Shown here: positions 32,960-41,536 of the stretch, in pieces | Position numbering within the stretch: position 1 is the stretch's first letter | How the letters are laid out: each line of letters begins with the position of its first letter | DNA from: a virus | Reading direction: 5' to 3' (one strand) | Length of the DNA stretch: 64,000 nucleotides | IMG/VR virus record: IMGVR_UViG_3300023296_001674 | Made by a program: the position numbers and the translations under genes | The notes under the pieces: generated by a model | The model's input: only the letters and a program-made list of their open reading frames with translations | The model's database searches: none | Told to the model about the DNA's origin: nothing

Positions 32960-33053
32960 TATCGTGACACTTATCGTGACAAAATGTCGCGATACCATTA
33001 TAATGGGTCATTTATTCATCCTATCGTGACATTTGACCCATTATAATGGGTCA
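32960..33053. repeat. Iteron/palindrome block in the 380-bp noncoding boundary region
   Basis: TATCGTGACA at 32960, 32972 and 33022. Inverted TATCGCGACA at 32985-32994. CCATTATAATGGGTCA at 32995-33010 and 33038-33053. 18-bp perfect palindrome gacccattataatgggtc at 33035-33052. Confidence 0.85.
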
Positions 33054-33164
33054 ATACACCCCCCACCCCCTTTTCTATGAAACACTTATTCATTCAATAT
33101 AAAAAAAATTCTGCGCCAAAATTTTAATAAATAATATTAGGTTTTTAACATAGGAACATTTAAC

Positions 33165-33320
33165 ATGAAAACATTATCCGATAAACAACATGCTACCATT
33201 AAAGAGAACATGCGTGCTATTCCAAAAGCATCATATACAGACATTGATCGCACCGCAGTTCTTAAAGAAGAATATGCTGAATTTATAAAAAATATCAACG
33301 AAAGCGACAAACCAGAATAA
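33165..33320 (+). CDS. Small hypothetical protein (51 aa)
   Basis: Not in the ORF track. TAATAAATA motif 40 nt upstream. MKTLSDKQHATIKENMRAIPKASYTDIDR... Preferred over the antisense track ORF 33137-33379. Confidence 0.55.
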   Translation: MKTLSDKQHATIKENMRAIPKASYTDIDRTAVLKEEYAEFIKNINESDKPE

Positions 33321-33323
33321 ACA

Positions 33324-33755
33324 ATGAGAGCATCCGACTTCATCGCTGAAACACTTATATCTGTTTCGCACGGAACCAATACCGATTTTGATCAATTAGA
33401 TGTGGCAAAAACATCCGATGGTGGAATTCACTTTGGTTCCAATCAACAAGCAGCGTTACGATCAACTGGAAAAAATTCGCGCATCATCGATACACAAATT
33501 GATGTTAGAAAACCAAAACGTTGCAAAGACGATGGATCAGGATGGAAAAACAAAATAAAATCCGCCAAACGTTCTGGATATGACAGTATTGTATATTTGA
33601 ACCGTTATGAAAATATGACCACTGAACGAGTAGAACAGTTATCACAATCCGGCAAACTAGATACTTTGGATTCATTATCCGATGCCGCATTCAAAAAATT
33701 AGTTCCTGAAGCACAAGACAGTTATATTGTGTTCGACAACGATCAAATAAAATAG
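33324..33755 (+). CDS. Hypothetical protein; weak resemblance to ADP-ribosyltransferase-like domains of polyvalent proteins (speculative)
   Basis: ORF track. SHGTNTDFD...GIHFGSNQQAALR...YLNRYEN gives an H / S-Y / E spacing. First 15 nt are identical to the next gene. Confidence 0.6.
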   Translation: MRASDFIAETLISVSHGTNTDFDQLDVAKTSDGGIHFGSNQQAALRSTGKNSRIIDTQIDVRKPKRCKDDGSGWKNKIKSAKRSGYDSIVYLNRYENMTTERVEQLSQSGKLDTLDSLSDAAFKKLVPEAQDSYIVFDNDQIK

Positions 33756-33765
33756 GACACTTATC

Positions 33766-34152
33766 ATGAGAGCATCCGAAATCACAGAAACAACAACGTC
33801 TTTAAAATGGGCAACCCGCAACCCATCACCAAAAGATTATGAAATAGTTATGATCGACATTAAAGCACTTATGGATAATACCAATCGCATACAAAAAATT
33901 TCATTATCTGCTGTAACCAAAGCAGACGATGAAAACATTATAGGTGATCGCGTTTCAAGAGCAAAACAATTTTGGCTAGATGGTGGCGAAATGCGACTAT
34001 CAATGGTTGGATACAGTGATTATTCCAAGATGGTAGACTTCACCGACGGTAGACACCGCCTAATAGCCGCGTATCAACTTGGTGAACGCCATGCACCCGT
34101 ATTGGCAGACAAGGACGGCATAGAAGAATTTAAAGCGCTGGTAGGGGCTTAA
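33766..34152 (+). CDS. ParB-like nuclease-domain protein
   Basis: FTDGRHRLIAAYQLGE (DGxHR ParB/Srx motif). Confidence 0.65.
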   Translation: MRASEITETTTSLKWATRNPSPKDYEIVMIDIKALMDNTNRIQKISLSAVTKADDENIIGDRVSRAKQFWLDGGEMRLSMVGYSDYSKMVDFTDGRHRLIAAYQLGERHAPVLADKDGIEEFKALVGA

Positions 34153-34227
34153 AACCCATCACCCCCAAACTATATTGACACCGTAAAACCACAATGATAT
34201 ACTTATTCTTTAATAAAAGGAAATAAT

Positions 34228-34338
34228 ATGATAAAAGGCAATGACGACAATTTCAGTAGCGATACAGGCAATACCATCGAATGGGGTTTGATCGTTATTT
34301 TACTATTAGGATTTCTTATAATTCCCCTGTTCGGGTAA
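34228..34338 (+). CDS. Small membrane peptide (36 aa)
   Basis: Not in the ORF track. Promoter TTGACA-17-TATACT, RBS AAAGGAA. ...EWGLIVILLLGFLIIPLFG. Confidence 0.5.
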   Translation: MIKGNDDNFSSDTGNTIEWGLIVILLLGFLIIPLFG

Positions 34339-34434
34339 TTAATCATTTGTTAGATTATACCAGTAACGACATATTTGGAATACTTATTGTTATTGTGTGT
34401 ATAGTCCTTATTATATTTGGCCCCATATATATTT

Positions 34435-34665
34435 TTATGTAGTACCCACAATATTTACATTATGCTGCGTGCTAGGAAAATTCAATAGATCATATTGTGT
34501 TATATTATGATTAGCAAATGACATATCATGTGGAAATTTTATTGTTGTATACATTATTGATCCATTAATATTTGCTGTTATATCATGATACCGTTCACGC
34601 GATGGTGATTTATCAATGTTTATTACTGTAAACATCAAAATATTGTTAGTATCGCAGCAGTGCAT
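34435..34665 (-). CDS. Hypothetical protein (tandem paralog family, 1 of 3)
   Basis: ORF track. C-terminal ITQYDLLNFPSTQHNVNIV resembles ITQQSLLMYYGTVNNVTI of the neighbouring gene. Confidence 0.55.
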   Translation of the reverse strand: MHCCDTNNILMFTVINIDKSPSRERYHDITANINGSIMYTTIKFPHDMSFANHNITQYDLLNFPSTQHNVNIVGTT

Positions 34666-34699
34666 ATTAACAATACGGCTAATATATCATCATTAAACC

Positions 34700-34924
34700 T
34701 CACGATATAGTTACATTATTAACTGTGCCATAATACATCAATAATGATTGTTGTGTTATGCTATTATCATTGATAAATTCATTTAACGGATAAGCCAACG
34801 CTACTCGCATAGCCCTCATTTTACCGTCAACAAATGCTTTTTCCACAAAGTCATATTTAATTTCATATTTATGATGTAGTTTAGGTTTAGTTTTTGTTTT
34901 CGTAATATCTATTATGTTTATCAT
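34700..34924 (-). CDS. Hypothetical protein (tandem paralog family, 2 of 3)
   Basis: ORF track. Confidence 0.6.
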   Translation of the reverse strand: MINIIDITKTKTKPKLHHKYEIKYDFVEKAFVDGKMRAMRVALAYPLNEFINDNSITQQSLLMYYGTVNNVTIS

Positions 34925-35109
34925 TTTAATTCACTTATTTCCACACGTTTTTTTGTACTGATTATTGACAGTAAATCACGTTGTGATAATGTCATATTAT
35001 GAACAATGGATACTACGCTATATTTCATAGTCACATCCATAATTATACCATCCTTCCAATATACAATATAATGCATACGATTGAAAACAATATCTGTTCC
35101 ATTTCTCAT
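34921..35109 (-). CDS. Hypothetical protein (tandem paralog family, 3 of 3)
   Basis: ORF track; ATGA overlap; LSQRDLLSIISTKKRVEI tail. Confidence 0.6.
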   Translation of the reverse strand: MRNGTDIVFNRMHYIVYWKDGIIMDVTMKYSVVSIVHNMTLSQRDLLSIISTKKRVEISELK

Positions 35110-35299
35110 TTATTGGTTGCCCCCAAACAGTATTGCATTATGGTTACATTATTTTTAGTATCGTATAACGGTAGGAGATCACATTCATAATATCATAATG
35201 CAAAAAGCAAAGAATACGTTGACTACCACCAATGATTCAGTATCCATTATACGACAGCCAATATTATAAAAATCATAAAAATCCAATCATCATCATCCA

Positions 35300-35479
35300 T
35301 TATTCAAATCCTTTTATTACGGTACAAGTCATTTTGTTACCTGGGTATCGTTCAGTATCCCACGATTCTTCTGGTTGGGAGAATGTATATTCACCGTGAT
35401 TAACGCAGTCATCATAAATGGATGACGTTGTCATTGTATAAGTGAGCGAAAATGTAAGTACTGCTACGCAAGCAAGCAA
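35300..35479 (-). CDS. Small membrane/secreted protein, third member of the Cys-x-G-x-F...C family (TTG start or frameshifted)
   Basis: Not in the ORF track. (M)LACVAVLTFSLTYTMTTSSIYDDCVNHGEYTFSQ...MTCTVIKGFE aligns with 35502-35708 and 35705-35899. The nearby ATGATG is out of frame. Confidence 0.35.
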   Translation of the reverse strand: MLACVAVLTFSLTYTMTTSSIYDDCVNHGEYTFSQPEESWDTERYPGNKMTCTVIKGFE

Positions 35480-35501
35480 ACATCATAGTAACTTTGTATC
35501 A

Positions 35502-35708
35502 TTATTCATTTTCAATTACCTTACATCTAATTGTTTTACCGAAATATTGGTGTGATGAGTATGCTGTATCAAATGTTGAGAATTTGTATGTCCCGTTGGT
35601 ATTGCAATGGTTATATATGGTACCAATTGTGCTATAATAAGTGATACTCACCGTGGTAAGTCCTAATATTAATATTATCACACTTATAGCAATTGTATTA
35701 AAGATCAT
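35502..35708 (-). CDS. Small membrane protein (paralog family)
   Basis: ORF track; TM segment then IYNHCNTNGTYKFS...IRCKV. Confidence 0.65.
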   Translation of the reverse strand: MIFNTIAISVIILILGLTTVSITYYSTIGTIYNHCNTNGTYKFSTFDTAYSSHQYFGKTIRCKVIENE

Positions 35709-35899
35709 TTATCGATACTCCTTATTTGGCAATCCATTATTCTATCATCGAAAGGACGTGTGTCAATAGCATTACGTGAAATGAATTCATGATTGCCATA
35801 TGTTGCACAATTTTCAAACACAGCGGTCAATGCGACTGAATAGGAAACATATGATGTAATCAAAATTGTAACGATTGCTGGTAGCACCATATCTCTCAT
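35705..35899 (-). CDS. Small membrane protein (paralog family)
   Basis: ORF track; TM segment then VFENCATYGNHEFIS...MDCQI. Confidence 0.65.
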   Translation of the reverse strand: MRDMVLPAIVTILITSYVSYSVALTAVFENCATYGNHEFISRNAIDTRPFDDRIMDCQIRSIDK

Positions 35900-36468
35900 T
35901 GTTTTTTCTCCTTTTCGAATTGTTTGACTTCATCAAGAAATTTTCTAATATCTTTATTTCCACCACCGAATATACCAAGCTCTATCATTTCTTGTCGTTT
36001 TCTAAGGTAATCAAAATCACAATTACCATCATATAATCCAGAACCGGTTTGCATAGACCAAAACCGATACATCATGGCTCTTGATGTGTAATGTGGTCCA
36101 TGGTGGTATGATTGTTTTTCAACATCCCAACTACAATCATCTATTAGTTTAAATGCTAACTGCACGTATGCGATAGCAGGGTCTGATAGCCAATCTCTTA
36201 CATTGGTATCGAAGTAACCGGGATCACGGTTCCATTCACGGTCAGCCATTTCGGTAGCCCTACGTATTTCTTTTAGGTAGTCGGGTGGTATGGCATATTT
36301 AAGTTGTGTTATCATATCGAGGTATGGTTTAGGGAGCGCTGTTTTACCATTTTGCAATTTGTCATTATTCGACCAAGCTAAGTGATATATGACTACATCA
36401 TCGGTTTTTTGGGCACCATCGATCAAAGTAGGAAAGACGAGATTAATATCTTTGGTATTAAACAGCAT
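35896..36468 (-). CDS. Hypothetical protein
   Basis: Track ORF 35896-36537. Start placed at the internal ATG 36468 to limit overlap with 36458-36643. ATGs at 36486 and 36537 are also possible. Confidence 0.55.
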   Translation of the reverse strand: MLFNTKDINLVFPTLIDGAQKTDDVVIYHLAWSNNDKLQNGKTALPKPYLDMITQLKYAIPPDYLKEIRRATEMADREWNRDPGYFDTNVRDWLSDPAIAYVQLAFKLIDDCSWDVEKQSYHHGPHYTSRAMMYRFWSMQTGSGLYDGNCDFDYLRKRQEMIELGIFGGGNKDIRKFLDEVKQFEKEKKQ

Positions 36469-36643
36469 CTTTGATATCGATATCATTTTCAAAATATTTA
36501 ACTGAGGACATAACGACAACTTGATTATATGATTCACGTTTCATTATTAATTCGTCGCGATTATGGCTGATATAAGTGCCACTTAGGTATGATCTGCTAT
36601 TTGTTTCTCTAAAGTACACTTTTATTTTATCACCGTTTTTCAT
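36458..36643 (-). CDS. Hypothetical protein
   Basis: ORF track. Confidence 0.6.
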   Translation of the reverse strand: MKNGDKIKVYFRETNSRSYLSGTYISHNRDELIMKRESYNQVVVMSSVKYFENDIDIKDAV

Positions 36644-36870
36644 TATATTTCCTCTATGAGTAATATTTTATCTAGTGGGATGAATGCTCGAAGGGGTTGA
36701 TCATTTACACCAACGATATTGTTTATATCACGATGTATGATAAGACTATCTTCAGAATATGAATAAAATTCACCTATTGTAGTTGATTTATCGGTACTGT
36801 AACGGACATCGATAAACACTTTTATTCTAGTGCCTACCATTAATTGTCTTAATGTATGAGTGTCGATCAT
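36643..36870 (-). CDS. Hypothetical protein
   Basis: ORF track; RBS AGGAGA. Confidence 0.65.
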   Translation of the reverse strand: MIDTHTLRQLMVGTRIKVFIDVRYSTDKSTTIGEFYSYSEDSLIIHRDINNIVGVNDQPLRAFIPLDKILLIEEI

Positions 36871-37327
36871 TTATATCTCCTATGTTTTTTATAGTATATA
36901 GGATAATTGATCATTGTCAAGGGAATAGTGGATTACGGTTTTGGGCGGACTGATTTTACATTGTGGGGAAATTATGGTTCACTTATCGGGTTTATAAGTG
37001 AAAAGGTTTCCACAGTAGAAGCATGCGGTTACGTTTCTTTTATGAAGGGGGATTGTATAGTATACGATGGGGTGATTATGCGGGGGATTTGGTCCTGCGC
37101 ACTTAACATTTGGTGTATTTGTGTAGATTATTTTGGGATTATGTGTCATAAGTGTATTTATTATGGGGTATTATGGGGTATAAGCGCTCAAAAAATTTGC
37201 TTAAAGCCTACGGCTTTTTATGATTTCGTTGTTTAATTGTTGAAGGGCGGCGGCGTAAAACACCGATTGTTACTGTTGATCTATTGTGTCATTACTAAAT
37301 AACATCGTATTTAACAGGAGAAGTAGT

Positions 37328-37543
37328 ATGAATAACAAATTAGGATTGATGGTATTTTATATACATGTTGGAACGTTACCAATGCATAGATCGATGTCAT
37401 ATATAGAGTCGATAAAAAAACAAATAATGGATGGTAAGAAAGAAACGCAGTTAACAAGGAATTATGATACCATGTTTATTCCGTCGTCTGATCCAGATAA
37501 TCGAGATACTGTAATAGAGATGTTTCCATACGAGAATGTATAA
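37328..37543 (+). CDS. Hypothetical protein
   Basis: Track ORF trimmed to ATG 37328 after AGGAGAAG. Confidence 0.6.
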   Translation: MNNKLGLMVFYIHVGTLPMHRSMSYIESIKKQIMDGKKETQLTRNYDTMFIPSSDPDNRDTVIEMFPYENV

Positions 37544-37595
37544 ATATATATATAATAATAAATAACATTAGACTTTACTTATCGGAGATATAACA

Positions 37596-38357
37596 ATGTC
37601 ACAGAATGCAACAAACATGCGAAAATTAATGGAAAGCGTTAATCCAGTGCAACATATGGAAATGAGCGATATTCCTGTTGATAACATGGGCGCAATTGAT
37701 AACAATGGCGACATGGACGCACAAGTAGGCGGCGACATGGCTCCTGATATGGGAATGGACGCTGCTCCTGAAGCACCAGCACCAGATATGGGCATGGAAA
37801 TGCCTGATATGGGAATGGATATGGCAGCACCTGAAGGCGCAAGCAGTGACATCATTGATGCACTTGACGGCGAATTCAAGCGTTTGACAACTGAATTCTT
37901 GCAAACCGGTGGTGAACTGGATGAAGCGGGACTTGGTGATGTTCGTGAAAAACTAGGTAAGCATATGACAAGTATTCTTGATGTATTGCATTCTGGTTGG
38001 ATGGATAACATGATGGATCAAGGCGCTAACGAAGAAGCACCATCTTTTGGTGGTGATTCTGACGGCGACGCACCTGATTTCAGTGGTGGCGATAGTGATG
38101 ATTCCGATGATTCTTCTTCAGATGACGACTCTGGTGATTCCGATGATAAAGCACCTAACTTTGGTGGTGATGATTCTGATGATTCCGGCGACGATGAAGA
38201 AAAAGATTCTGATGACTCTGATGATGATAAATCTGATGACGACGATGGTGACAAAGAAGATAAAGAAGTTGACGAAAGCGAAAATCCTCTTAAGAATGCA
38301 CACATCAATGAATCAACAAAAATGCGCAATTTACAAAATATCATACTAAACGGTTAA
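37596..38357 (+). CDS. Highly acidic low-complexity repeat protein
   Basis: PDMGMD/PDMGME repeats, then FGGDSDGDAPDFSGGDSDDSDD...KAPNFGGDDSDDSGDDEEKDSDDSDDDKSDDDDGDKEDKE. TAATAAATA motif 40 nt upstream. Confidence 0.75.
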   Translation: MSQNATNMRKLMESVNPVQHMEMSDIPVDNMGAIDNNGDMDAQVGGDMAPDMGMDAAPEAPAPDMGMEMPDMGMDMAAPEGASSDIIDALDGEFKRLTTEFLQTGGELDEAGLGDVREKLGKHMTSILDVLHSGWMDNMMDQGANEEAPSFGGDSDGDAPDFSGGDSDDSDDSSSDDDSGDSDDKAPNFGGDDSDDSGDDEEKDSDDSDDDKSDDDDGDKEDKEVDESENPLKNAHINESTKMRNLQNIILNG

Positions 38358-38382
38358 TACACTATGATTAAAGAATTATAGA

Positions 38383-38414
38383 AACCCTACCATTAATTTG
38401 GTGGGGTTTTTTTT
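38383..38414 (+). terminator. Rho-independent terminator
   Basis: aaccctacc pairs with ggtggggtt (one G-U), then T8. Confidence 0.75.
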
Positions 38415-38431
38415 AATTACTAAATAAATCC

Positions 38432-38740
38432 ATGCTTTCAAAGAATGATATCAAACATCACATAGCGTTAAATGAAATGGGAATGTATTCTACATTAGAA
38501 CATGTAGCTCCTGGAGCACTTAGTTTTATTGATTCTGTGATAATGATGATGAACTCACAGGGTTGGTATGACTTAGCGTGGTGTCTATCAGAAGATGTTA
38601 AGCGTGGGGTTTATCCACCGCGCAAAGATTCGATACATCGCACCCTAACTTATAAGTATCTCAAAATCAATAAACCTTTATCTAATATGGATAAAATGAT
38701 ATTGACTTTAAAGAATCTATATAATACAATATCACGATAA
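38432..38740 (+). CDS. Hypothetical protein
   Basis: ORF track. Confidence 0.6.
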   Translation: MLSKNDIKHHIALNEMGMYSTLEHVAPGALSFIDSVIMMMNSQGWYDLAWCLSEDVKRGVYPPRKDSIHRTLTYKYLKINKPLSNMDKMILTLKNLYNTISR

Positions 38741-38753
38741 TAAAGGAGTTAAT

Positions 38754-39134
38754 ATGTTTGAAGAAGATAAACCAACTGCATGTATAATTGGTAGATTTAG
38801 TCCATGGAATGATGGTCATACTAAACTTATCCAAACCACAATAAAATATTGTGATCCTACATATAAGAATAAAAAATCAGAAGCAGAACAATTGCTTGTT
38901 TTGGTTCGTGATACTGGACAGGATATAAGTGGCATAGAAAACAAAATATCCAGTTTAATTGATAATGATTTTAAAGTAGTTAAGATACCCAATATAACAG
39001 ATATGTTTTTTGGTAAACAATTAACTGTTGATATGCATAGAATAGACATTGGTGATGAAGAACCGGTGAATTTACAGAAAACGTCTGCTGAAGAGGGTGC
39101 CTTTCAAAAGGATTTTTTTAAAAACAGAGGTTAA
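38754..39134 (+). CDS. Small cytidylyltransferase-fold nucleotidyltransferase-like protein
   Basis: GRFSPWNDGH resembles the GRFxPxHxGH signature of NMNAT/cytidylyltransferase enzymes. Only 126 aa. RBS AAGGAG. Confidence 0.5.
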   Translation: MFEEDKPTACIIGRFSPWNDGHTKLIQTTIKYCDPTYKNKKSEAEQLLVLVRDTGQDISGIENKISSLIDNDFKVVKIPNITDMFFGKQLTVDMHRIDIGDEEPVNLQKTSAEEGAFQKDFFKNRG

Positions 39135-39152
39135 CAACAAAAGAGATATATT

Positions 39153-39536
39153 ATGAAAAAATTATTATTAGCGGCAACACTTATGGTATTGCCATTTACT
39201 GCGATGGCAGAAGAACAAACAGTTGGAATGTCTGCTACATTTATGTGTAGAGTGGCATCAACAGTAGACGCGCATTTAACTAGATTGGGTTATACCAAAG
39301 GTGTTGAACTTGATGGATTAAATATGGGAACCATTATTATATGGTACGGAACAGAAAACGGCATCAAATCTTGGATGCTTACTGCGAATACACCCAATGG
39401 TTTAACTTGCAAATTAGATAATGGTTATGTTGATCTCAAAAACCCAACCGAAACTACTCCTGAATCGTCAAAACCAAAACTGGATGAAGAATCATTAAAG
39501 AAAATGATGGACAACGCGAAAAAAGACTCACTTTAA
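39153..39536 (+). CDS. Secreted protein (signal peptide)
   Basis: MKKLLLAATLMVLPFTAMA signal sequence. Confidence 0.75.
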   Translation: MKKLLLAATLMVLPFTAMAEEQTVGMSATFMCRVASTVDAHLTRLGYTKGVELDGLNMGTIIIWYGTENGIKSWMLTANTPNGLTCKLDNGYVDLKNPTETTPESSKPKLDEESLKKMMDNAKKDSL

Positions 39537-40207
39537 CATTTGATTATATAAATATAATTTGGAAAATTGACCGACTTCAATCTCCTTCTTACAGTTTCTT
39601 CGCCGAGTTTTAATATTTTTGCCGACTCGATGACTGATGAATATATAACGTCGTCTATTTTAACAGATTTTTTGCGATGATTATTTTCTGGATGTTTTCC
39701 ATATAACGGATGTTTATCACCGATTTTTCCATACATGCCATTTTTTTCACCAGAATTTTTTTCACTTATTTTTTGTTTAGTTTCATCTGTTCTTGGCACA
39801 CCGAATAATGGATTATTTTTTCCAGTTCTGCCCCACATTGGATTATTTTTTCCTTTCATTTTCTCTGCAAATTTAGGTCTTTTAACACCTGTTCTGTTGG
39901 GTGGTCTTCTATCAACGCAAATATTAGTAAGTATGCCATTTTTGTCATAACCATTTCGACCAAGTTTTTTAATCCACGTTTTTTCTAAATCATATGCATC
40001 CTTTTCTGGCATATTTTTTTCTATGAATTTAACACCAGGTTCTAATCCTTCTTTTCGTATCGCATTTATTTTATTCCATTTTTGTATATTTTCTGTTGTG
40101 TGTATAGTTTCCGTCAGATGTCTCTTCCATCGGTCTTTTGATCCTTTTCCTATATAAAATTCTATATTATCATGTCTTGGGTCTAGCAATGCGTATACGT
40201 AATACAT
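39533..40207 (-). CDS. GIY-YIG homing endonuclease with NUMOD3-like repeats
   Basis: YYVYALLDP...FYIGKGSKDRW (GIY-YIG). Repeated GKNNPMWGRTGKNNPLFG, GEKNGMYG, DKHPLYGK. Confidence 0.85.
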   Translation of the reverse strand: MYYVYALLDPRHDNIEFYIGKGSKDRWKRHLTETIHTTENIQKWNKINAIRKEGLEPGVKFIEKNMPEKDAYDLEKTWIKKLGRNGYDKNGILTNICVDRRPPNRTGVKRPKFAEKMKGKNNPMWGRTGKNNPLFGVPRTDETKQKISEKNSGEKNGMYGKIGDKHPLYGKHPENNHRKKSVKIDDVIYSSVIESAKILKLGEETVRRRLKSVNFPNYIYIIKC

Positions 40208-40288
40208 GTATATCCTTATTCGTTATATGTTTTATCCCATCATATATTTATAATAAATATTAATAATGTATAAAATAAGGAATATATC

Positions 40289-40642
40289 ATGACTGAAAAA
40301 ATTATAAACGAGCATCCATTTAAAAAATATTGGCGTCCAGCAGCGGCTACGGTATATTTAATAATATGCATATTCGATTTTATAATAATGCCATCAATAA
40401 TAGAAATTTCTAACACTAAAATAACAAATCAGCAAGCAATAACGCTGGCGTTAAAATTTAATGATTCAGCATCACAAATGCAATCATTGAGTGTGTTTAT
40501 GGAAAAGCGAACATGGAACCCATTAACCCTTCTGGGTAGTGGGTTTTTTCACCTTAGTTTTGGTGCGTTGTTAACAGGTTCGGCTATCACACGTGGCTTA
40601 GAGAAGAAGCAGCACGCTAGCAATGGCAAAGTTATGAAATAA
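40289..40642 (+). CDS. Membrane protein
   Basis: ORF track; two hydrophobic segments; TAATAAATA motif 38 nt upstream. Confidence 0.7.
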   Translation: MTEKIINEHPFKKYWRPAAATVYLIICIFDFIIMPSIIEISNTKITNQQAITLALKFNDSASQMQSLSVFMEKRTWNPLTLLGSGFFHLSFGALLTGSAITRGLEKKQHASNGKVMK

Positions 40643-41120
40643 TAAGTTCTACGCTTACAAAACCTTCTGATTTTGTAGGTCGTTCGTATGTTTCTATCAT
40701 TTGGTTAACTATCTTGTCGCTAACACTTTTACCAGTTTCGTTCTGGCGCTTTTCAAGGCGGCGGAACAATTCGTCATAATCCAATTCGAATGCAACTGCC
40801 TTATGAACATACTTAGGGGTTTGCAACATCTTCTTACGACGAATTTTAATCGAAAGGTTAGTTTGATCCCAAATGATGTGTTTTTTTTTGTTGACAGCCT
40901 CGCGCAGAGCGATGTTGAACTTAGTCTTAGTTTTGAACGGCAACTTGTAGAATGCTTCAGAGTAGGTGATACCTTGCTCCGCAGCATACTTTTCAATGAA
41001 GACGTCGGTGCTAATAACGGTCCAATCGTTTGAATCGTTTTCCATGAACTGCTTAATCCAAGTTGATTTACCGGAACCTGGTGGTCCGATTAACATCATA
41101 ATTGTTGGTTTGTGTAACAT
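40632..41120 (-). CDS. P-loop kinase (AAA_33 / polynucleotide-kinase-like)
   Basis: Walker A IGPPGSGKST, DxT (VISTDVF). About 160 aa. Confidence 0.7.
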   Translation of the reverse strand: MLHKPTIMMLIGPPGSGKSTWIKQFMENDSNDWTVISTDVFIEKYAAEQGITYSEAFYKLPFKTKTKFNIALREAVNKKKHIIWDQTNLSIKIRRKKMLQTPKYVHKAVAFELDYDELFRRLEKRQNETGKSVSDKIVNQMIETYERPTKSEGFVSVELIIS

Positions 41121-41131
41121 AATATTATTCC

Positions 41132-41536
41132 TTAGTGTTTATTTCTTTTCTTTCCAAGATTAATAACGTCAATACCTTCGTTATGTAAATCATATTGTTC
41201 GTGTGCTGTTGCGGTTCCATGTATGCCGCGCTCTTCTTTGTCGCCATAATGGATAGCACGCACTTCGTCAGCAAATCTTTCTCCTACATCTTCGCAGTTT
41301 TTTTCAACCCACTCTAATGCTTGTTGTTCATTATCTGATGACTTAGCATAATCTGATTTAGGGCGCGAACCTTTTTTCGAAATATTAGGAGCCATCAATG
41401 CTTTGCTGGTGTGTGTATCACCGCATACAGGGCATTCAATCGCCTTGGTTCCAAGCAGTTCATCGCATTTTGCGGAACTTACGAACCAAGACTCGAACAC
41501 GTGTTCATTTTTGCACTTAATATTATATTTTATCAT
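41132..41536 (-). CDS. DUF1178-like zinc-ribbon protein
   Basis: MIKYNIKCKNEHVFESWFVSS...IECPVCGDTHTSKALMAPNI matches the remembered DUF1178 N-terminal pattern. Confidence 0.6.
   Translation of the reverse strand: MIKYNIKCKNEHVFESWFVSSAKCDELLGTKAIECPVCGDTHTSKALMAPNISKKGSRPKSDYAKSSDNEQQALEWVEKNCEDVGERFADEVRAIHYGDKEERGIHGTATAHEQYDLHNEGIDVINLGKKRNKH

Noticed and set aside
33137-33379. 80-aa minus-strand ORF
   Set aside because: It overlaps a + strand 51-aa ORF that has the late-type upstream motif and is contiguous with the next + strand genes. The minus ORF has no start signals.
36907-37236. 109-aa + strand ORF in the divergent intergenic region
   Set aside because: TTG start, no RBS, and a bizarre composition rich in Gly, Ile, Trp, Cys and Tyr. 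It coincides with the GGGG/ATTATG repeat array and looks like a by-product of the repeats.
38754-39134. NAD-salvage (NMNAT) anti-defence function for the small nucleotidyltransferase
   Set aside because: Only the N-terminal GRFxPxxxGH motif is recognisable, and the protein is too short (126 aa) for a complete NMNAT. No partner Nampt or ADPR-PP synthetase gene is in the window. It is kept as a generic nucleotidyltransferase-fold call.
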